NCBI RefSeq assembly: GCF_964355755.1
Contig: NC_092673.1
Location: forward strand, 31,059,648 to 31,123,647
From: Antedon mediterranea
Lineage: Eukaryota; Animalia; Echinodermata
Reading direction: 5' to 3'
Length of the DNA stretch: 64,000 bases
Part shown: positions 56,814-64,000 of the stretch, piece after piece
Position numbering within the stretch: position 1 is the first letter of the stretch
How the letters are laid out: each line of letters opens with the position of its first letter
Position numbers and translations under genes: made by a program
Notes under the pieces: generated by a model
Seen by the model: the letters and a program-made list of their open reading frames with translations, nothing else
What the model was told of the DNA's origin: nothing
Databases searched by the model: none

Positions 56814-59800
56814 TTATATCAGCTCTTGCGTTGCGCGCGTACGTCCAAGTGTGGGAATCAAGACTTTACCGTACGTTTGGAGATTTTAGATGATTTTAGT
56901 GCAGCCCTTGCCTTCTCATGCTGCTCTGCAAATGACACCAATAACATTCGTTGCATACATTGTAATCCCACATGGGAGGAATGTTGCTGTCAGAAGACAC
57001 GATACTGCATTGTGTTTATTATGACTTAGACATGATACAGCGGTATTACAAACTGCCATCATCGGTTAGACCAACAATAATTATTAGCGTGTAGGATTTC
57101 GTTTATTTCTTTAACGTGGTTTACATTATTGTATAGCCACCCACGCCCAGGTGCGTTGTTTAATATACGAATATGGTCGAATACACTTGATTTAATACAT
57201 TCCTGATATTAAATTAAGTTTTTGGTGTTAGTGGCGATACCACGCAGAAACCGATAATAATTTCTTAGTTTTTAGAATCATATTATTGCGCACTTACCGT
57301 AGCCTGCCACAGCGCACCAAAAACGGGAAATAAGGTTAGGAGACAATAAACCTGATTTACAAGTTGTATTTGGATTACGTCCAATTTGTTTACTACTTTT
57401 CAAATTATGTGCAAACATATATATTTATATTAGTATTATATTCTATTTTGTTGGTCTTTGAACTTTAACCTTATTGTTTTATTTAAATGACCTCAATTTT
57501 ATATTTTTTGATAATTTATACTGAATAATCAATGCAAATTAGTAATAAATTAATAAAATTATATGTAAAATTTACACACAATTTACAAAATTGCTGATTT
57601 TGGTCGAAATAAATGTTGAATTGAGAGAGTTGATTCTAAGAATCGGCAAAATGAAAACAAAATGTGGATACCATGTAACATTTTGTTTTTTTCGTAGGTG
57701 TATCCAACATTTTATTTATTCTTTACAGGACATTTTAGTAAATAAAGAATGTGTTTATAAAATGCTAAGGTATGTCTTTTAAAATTAAAGTTTCAGACTT
57801 AAAAATAATCATATAACATATCAAAGAATACCTAATTGGAATAATGTGAAGATAAGGTGGCGTAGACGTAATTATATGAATTTTGTTTATGTTCTGGAAG
57901 TTAGTTCATTTTGAAAGAGTTGGGGAATCACATTAATCCCGCTGATGATGGTTTCTCTTCTCTTGACCTTTCTCCGTTTTTTCCACTGTAATGTCTGTTG
58001 TTTAATTAATGTAGGCCTAATAATGTTTTTTTTTCTGAAATAGATTTTATTTATATATTTGACTTCCAATCTTCCTCATTCAACTTTTAAAAATCCCATT
58101 AATTGTTTGTATTATATTACACCTTTACATAAGGCCTACTCCAAACTGCTAAGCCTGGTTCTTCCCACAAGAGACGTGATGCAAGGAAGTCACAAACGCA
58201 ACGCAAGCGAGTTAATAAATGACAGGCGATAGTTCAAATATTCGCTTGTAATTGGTCAAATCATTTACGCTGCGTTTTCATCGTCTTTAAGATTCGTCCA
58301 GGTGGGAACACCCTTTAGTATGTTGCCCAAGTTCTTGATCAACGGTCGACTGCATAACACCCAAGTTTAATAAACGATACGGTATATGTATTAACAACTA
58401 GCTTAGCCTAAAAACGCGAGGCAATTTCCAGAGATTAAGATAGTATGTAAGCCTAATGCTCGAAATAACGCAAATTTTAAAATGTCGGTAACTTTTGAAA
58501 CAAAAACATGTCCTAGTACTTTTCGACAGGATAAGAAATTAGAGAAATTAGGACAACAGATTTCGAAACGTAACTTATTTACTATAGTCAAAACTTTATC
58601 TTGAATGTGGTCATGACATTTTGGCAATAGAATATTTTTCTAGGCCAAGTGCAATAGTAATAGGTGCCCTGAGACGGAATAGGCTAATCATGGGATAATT
58701 CCTAACTTAACCGTCCACTTATGATTGTGTACACACTTTTTCCGCTTGATTCTCGACTCAGCAGATAGGGTGTGTTAAATGCGTACCTAAATTGCGCGTT
58801 CATTGAGTGTGTCTTAATCGACTGGGCATGCGCAGAGTTTATTTCTTTTCGCGCGTCAAATTATTGTCCCACGTGGTGTTATTGAGATAAGCAACCAATC
58901 GGAGCCTTCTATCTGTATGTGTTTTAGACTATTACTTGACTGAAATTGACTTTATTTTGAACTATCGTCGGCAATGGGCTTATTTTAACGTGTTTGGTTT
59001 ATATATTTTATCCCCTGTGATAATTATTGTTAGCTTAATACACTAACAGGCTAAGTAGACATGTTCAGAAAGGTTCAAACTCCGTTTACATATTTTATAA
59101 ACAAAGTTCATACATTTGAATTTCCTTTCGTTCATTTTCTATTTTCTATTACTTGAATTATCTTGTCTGTCAACAAATTCTTGCGAATTACAACATCGGA
59201 AGTCTTTAATCCAAGTTAGGTTACGATGGTTTAGACTTAATCCTATCTTCAACAGAGCGCCTTTAATAACGCTCGCTTTATCGGCTAAATAAAGTTATTT
59301 TGGATTCTGTTTCCCCAAATGACTTGCCTACAAAGAGGGATGTTTTAAACAAGTTACAGCGGGCCCCCGATAGATGAGATTTTAATAATACTTAGCCCAA
59401 TTATACTTAACCCGGAGAATTAGGCTTTGATGTACTGATAACGGATTTGTATCGGATTATCATTTTCTGGGACTAGATTATTAAAATGCCACCCTGGTTG
59501 ACTTGTTTGCACCAAACATAACACAATTCAAAACCATCATTTAATAATTAGATAACAATCATAGGCCTACTCCCAGAAAGTGACGTCATTTTTGTGCAGT
59601 GGTAATAGGCAAACTTTCTCATCGCATCTTATCTAATTAATAATGTTCAGTACAGTATCTAATTTGTCGAGTAATATGCAATTTCTGTAACAAAATGTTA
59701 TATAAATTGTCACATGTGACGCATAGCCTACCTTTACAGGAGTCTCATGTGATACATATATGACACTGTATTATAGAATTTGCCTATGATAGTGGATAAG

Positions 59801-60381
59801 ATAGATACAGTATAGAGAATCGATGCTTAAATGTAACCGTTGTGTTAACATAACATGTGTGACGTGTCATCATGCCAGAAATTAAATAGAAACTGCTATT
59901 ATTCTCGAAATATCTTAATTTCTAAACGCCTTCTTACAGATTTACAGACAGACAGACAGACCCGAGTGCAATACCCTTAACTATAGCCCAAACGTGTAGG
60001 CGTGTTATTGATTTGTTTTTTTTTAGTAACTGTAGCTCTCTAACTAGTCTCTGTCTACCTATTTTCCTTTAGCATAACCTTTGAAAAATCACTCTATATC
60101 GAAATTTTTAATTTAGAAATTACAAATAAACCTACTTGTCAAAATATTTTCTCCTAAATATTAGTACCTCGGGTAAATAAATTATTAAAGATATAAACAA
60201 TACTCTAAACTTGGCAGAATATTGATAACTGCCATTGAATATGATTAATACTATATGTGTAAATATGAAAAACAAATTATCAATACTCTTTATTTGTCAA
60301 AGAAGTTGATTACTTTTTTACGTTCTAAGTACAGTATAATCTTTTCTAGAAATTTAGATTATTTTTGAATAGGATACATCA

Positions 60382-61663
60382 TCTATATATAAATTTACGT
60401 AAGGGCAAAATTCGGTAAATCGCGCCTTACTTCTAGAATTTTTACTCGATGGTATATAAAGTTGGTTCGTACTTTCGGTACTGATTTTAACCACCTGATG
60501 TAACCCTGTTTACTAATTATATTAAGTTAGATAATTAGTTATTGACGATTAAAACGAATTTAGGTTCAACGATTTGCCCCAAATAGGGGTGTTTTCCGAT
60601 CGTGGTATACACTGTCTAATGGATGTCCATCTTGAAAAATACCCGCCACAAAAATGCGAGGAGGCTTCGCATTTTCCTATCTCCTCCTACGATAATTGTT
60701 TTTAATAGCTGAAAACCGGTTGAACAGTTCGAGTACAGCATCATAATGTTGAAGACAGGCCGATTTTCTTTAAAAAATACTATTTTGATACATTTAATAT
60801 ACGTTTTTACAAATGTATTGATTTGTGATGAATGGAACATTCCAAATTATTTGGTTTAACCACACAGGTATAGATTTAGATTTATGGGCCCCCTTGGAGA
60901 ATAAACATAAATAGTATTGCAATGCTGTACAATACTGTTAAGGTATTAACCACTTTTGATCGCAATTTGAATCGCAAATTTCTTACTGTGAGTGTTGGTA
61001 CTGTTAGATGTAATATAAAAATATATACAAATAAACTTTATTACTGTGAGTGTGGGTAGGCCCTACTGTTAGATTATAAACATATAATATACAAATAAAT
61101 AAACGTTATTACTGACAGTTGCTTCTCAACGTTTGTATTAATTAATAATTTAAAAATATATAAACGTCGTAGTGGTGTATCGTTACATGTACTTTACTAT
61201 TTCAATCGACTATGACAGTGAGAGTTTTAACAAAGTACCGTATTAAATCGTAAATGTTTTACTGTATTTAGTGGTATATTATTTATAGGCCTATAAAACA
61301 TTAAAAACAATATTTCGTTACTGAGTGGATAAGAATATATTTTAAAATGTTTCCTCTTTGTACCTATCTTCTTCCCCCATCCCTCAACCCTTAATGTTAC
61401 ATACAAAACACAAATTGGGTTTGTTTAAATGAGTCCAAATAAAAAAATTTGACTCATTTTGTTTATTCTCAGGGTGCTAATTTTGGTTGACTACATAAAT
61501 CATTGTGTATATTTATTCGTTTCTGTAAACGACAATGTATTATAGTCCTGCGGTACGTACATTTGAAATCTCCATTTTTTTCTCGCTGGAAATACTGTGT
61601 ATTCGAGAACCATCTGTGGGCACGACCTAGATGGTACGCGAGCGAAGCGAGCGTGCCATCTAG
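60382..61663 (+). mobile_element. Non-autonomous Helitron, family H2
   Basis: A|TCTATATATAAAT start; 3' hairpin CTAGATGGTACGC-GAGCGAAGCGA-GCGTGCCATCTAG|T. Confidence 0.75.
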
Positions 61664-61786
61664 TAATAGTAAGTTATTAATATTTTTTTTTATTCATTTA
61701 TAATATTTTGTTTGTGTGTTTGTAACGTATCCGGACAACTATCCCCTTGACAATTGTTATCTTCCAGAAAAAAAACGACTCTCTAA

Positions 61787-61965
61787 AGCGTGGTTCCCAC
61801 TAGCGACGAAACGCAAGGACGTAAAGCAACGCAAGTGAATTGACCAATCAGAAGCGATGGCTTATTCGCTTGTGATTGCTAACTGTCTATAACTTCGCTT
61901 GTCATTGGGTAAAACGCTTGCGTTGCGTTTACGTCCCTGCGTTACGTTCTAGTGGGAACCAAGCT
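61787..61965 (-). mobile_element. MITE family B
   Basis: Reverse-orientation near-identical copy of 1983-2161 with TWA flanks. Confidence 0.9.
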
Positions 61966-62060
61966 TTAAAGGGTTACGGTTATTGTCCTCACGGGGCAGT
62001 TTAACGCAAAACACTTTTTAGATGGATATATGCCCTATGTTTATATTATTGTTATTATTA

Positions 62061-63175
62061 CTAGAGGGTATAGAGGGTTTTAGAAGAACGTTCTGGCTCA
62101 CTTGGACGGTTCGGTCGCTTACCATTATTGAAATGCTTGATATTCGTAAAACTAAACCTATACTCTGTTTCACAGTGTCTTGGGATGATTAATAACATTG
62201 TATATAGTGTTTATTGTTTGGTAGGACCTTTGTGGGGCAGAGGTAGGAAGGCGGAATTCATTTAAGGGAGGTGCTTATTCGAGGGATACGTTACATTTTG
62301 TAATATGGTAACATTTATAATCAAATAAAATCCTCTAATAGATATGAAAAATGGTAAAAAAGAATAACAATGCTTGGTAAATTGTAGATAACAGTCCGAT
62401 GAATTCTACTACAAATAGTATTGTGTTATAAAAATATAATACAATAGTGTGTGTGTAAATGGGGATGGGCGTTTATTAGATTCGTTGGGTGAGGTGGTGG
62501 CGTTTATTAATTGATGTTTTATCGGGGAGGTGTTTATTCAAATAAAGACCATCCAAATTGGATTTTGGCTTAAGAAGGTATACGTTTTAGACGGCTTGCA
62601 ACATGGGCAGAAGTATCCCAGGGTCATAACGGGACACAGATAGCCCACAGTTATTCCTGCCATCTTACTCGGCTATCAGGATTTCACTCGATTTCAAACA
62701 AAAGGTCTTATCATCAGTTTCCCGATGTAATTTTATATACTATTTCCCACAATATACCCAGATGCTTTATGAATATATTTAAATTGATCTTTATTAATTT
62801 GCAGTATATTTTTATTTTGCTAACTACTGTACCTTGACGCGCGCGGTTAAAACCTGGAAGTTGCAAGGTGATGACTCACCGTGAACCCGGAAATTACTTC
62901 TACCGCGTACGGTTAAAAATCTACCGATGAAATCAGAAATTTGGTTTTAAACCGCTTTATAAAATCTTCCCAAGATAGAAATATGGAACAATATCGTAAT
63001 AGTGAGAACTAATGTTATCAAATTTACGTTTCGCGGTACATCTAAAACAGATGAGGTAGGTATCCAAAGCGGAGATTTGTCCCGAAGTTTTTCCATTGTG
63101 CTCGCCTATGTCAGAATTTCGAAGTTTTTGCATTGTGCTCGCCTATGTCAGAATTAACCATAATTTATATATAGA
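62061..63175 (-). mobile_element. Non-autonomous Helitron, family H1 copy 2
   Basis: Same termini and body as 26151-27219; small tandem duplication near its 5' end. Confidence 0.85.
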
Positions 63176-64000
63176 TATATATATATTATTATTTTTTTTT
63201 TTCCTGGGAGTAGCCATCCTAAACAGTATCGTGTTTAAAGAGGCATTCTGCAATTGTCCGAATTTAATGGTCTAGAATGGTGGATTTCCGTATATTCAAA
63301 TTTAACTTGAAATCTAACATGGTATTTTTGCGTTAAATGAATATCATTTTACGTTATTAAAGTACGAATTATCTTTGTATTTTGTCGATATTCTTGCGTC
63401 TCGGAGTTTTCAAAGGAATTTATTTATATATTTTGATAGGACATTATATTTTTCAATAAGATCATTATCTACTTTAAAACTCTATCAAACATGGTAGAAA
63501 AACGATCAAACAATCCGAAATAACCTCGTATTGTATTCGCTAAAATATAGGTATGCCGACAGATAAGGGCACAACGATCGAATGATCGAAAACCATTAAT
63601 ATATTGGCCTACTGTATTTCGCGGTAAAAAAGACATAACTGTCGAATAAGCGAAAATTATTTCGTATAGGCCCACTGAGGTACATTCGCTAAAAATGTAT
63701 CGCGTTAGAAAAGGAATAACAGTCGAATAATCGATTAAGCGAAAGCGATTAAATTATTATTACCATCCACTCATTGTTTACTTTATTTTGCCATATACTT
63801 CTCATTGCTAAGTTATGGATAAGTATTGTATAATAGATTGTAATTTATTTAATATCGATTCAATTTAGCTGCCAAATTTAATTATTGTTCAAAATGAATG
63901 AGAACATATTACAATCATATTGCTATGATTAGCCTATAGGCCCTATGCATCATTTTAATGACAAACAAAAAATAACCAATTTTTATTTATTCAAGAAGAT

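Overview
AT-rich, intron-containing metazoan DNA, probably a marine invertebrate (deuterostome-like; the taxon is an inference). Four spliced protein-coding genes could be assembled by hand. They are: the last 8 coding exons of TBC1D13 (+, 121-4565); a complete LIM-homeobox gene of the Arrowhead/Lhx6/8 class (+, 9960-16103); a small CHCHD5/Mix14-like four-CX9C gene absent from the ORF track (-, 20987-~22102); and, head-to-head with it, a complete 27-exon P5A-ATPase ATP13A1 (+, 22383-47535, ~1167 aa, one probable GC-AG intron). The region from about 48.3 to 64 kb has no convincing exons. Introns and intergenic DNA are full of non-autonomous elements: Harbinger-like, Kolobok-like and Tc1-like MITEs, three Helitrons, two Helentron/DINE-like elements, tRNA-SINEs, LINE 3' ends, a Penelope GIY-YIG fragment and several mini/satellites. 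Two signals stand out. (1) There are four minimal hammerhead-ribozyme motifs, two of them in a ~103-bp TSD-flanked mini-element family that begins at the same nucleotide just before the ribozyme core. (2) The palindrome TAGGCCTA is strongly over-represented (at least 27 copies), and comparing two Helitron copies shows it differing by a 6-bp indel at a TA, like an excision footprint. All coordinates were read by eye, so small offsets are possible.
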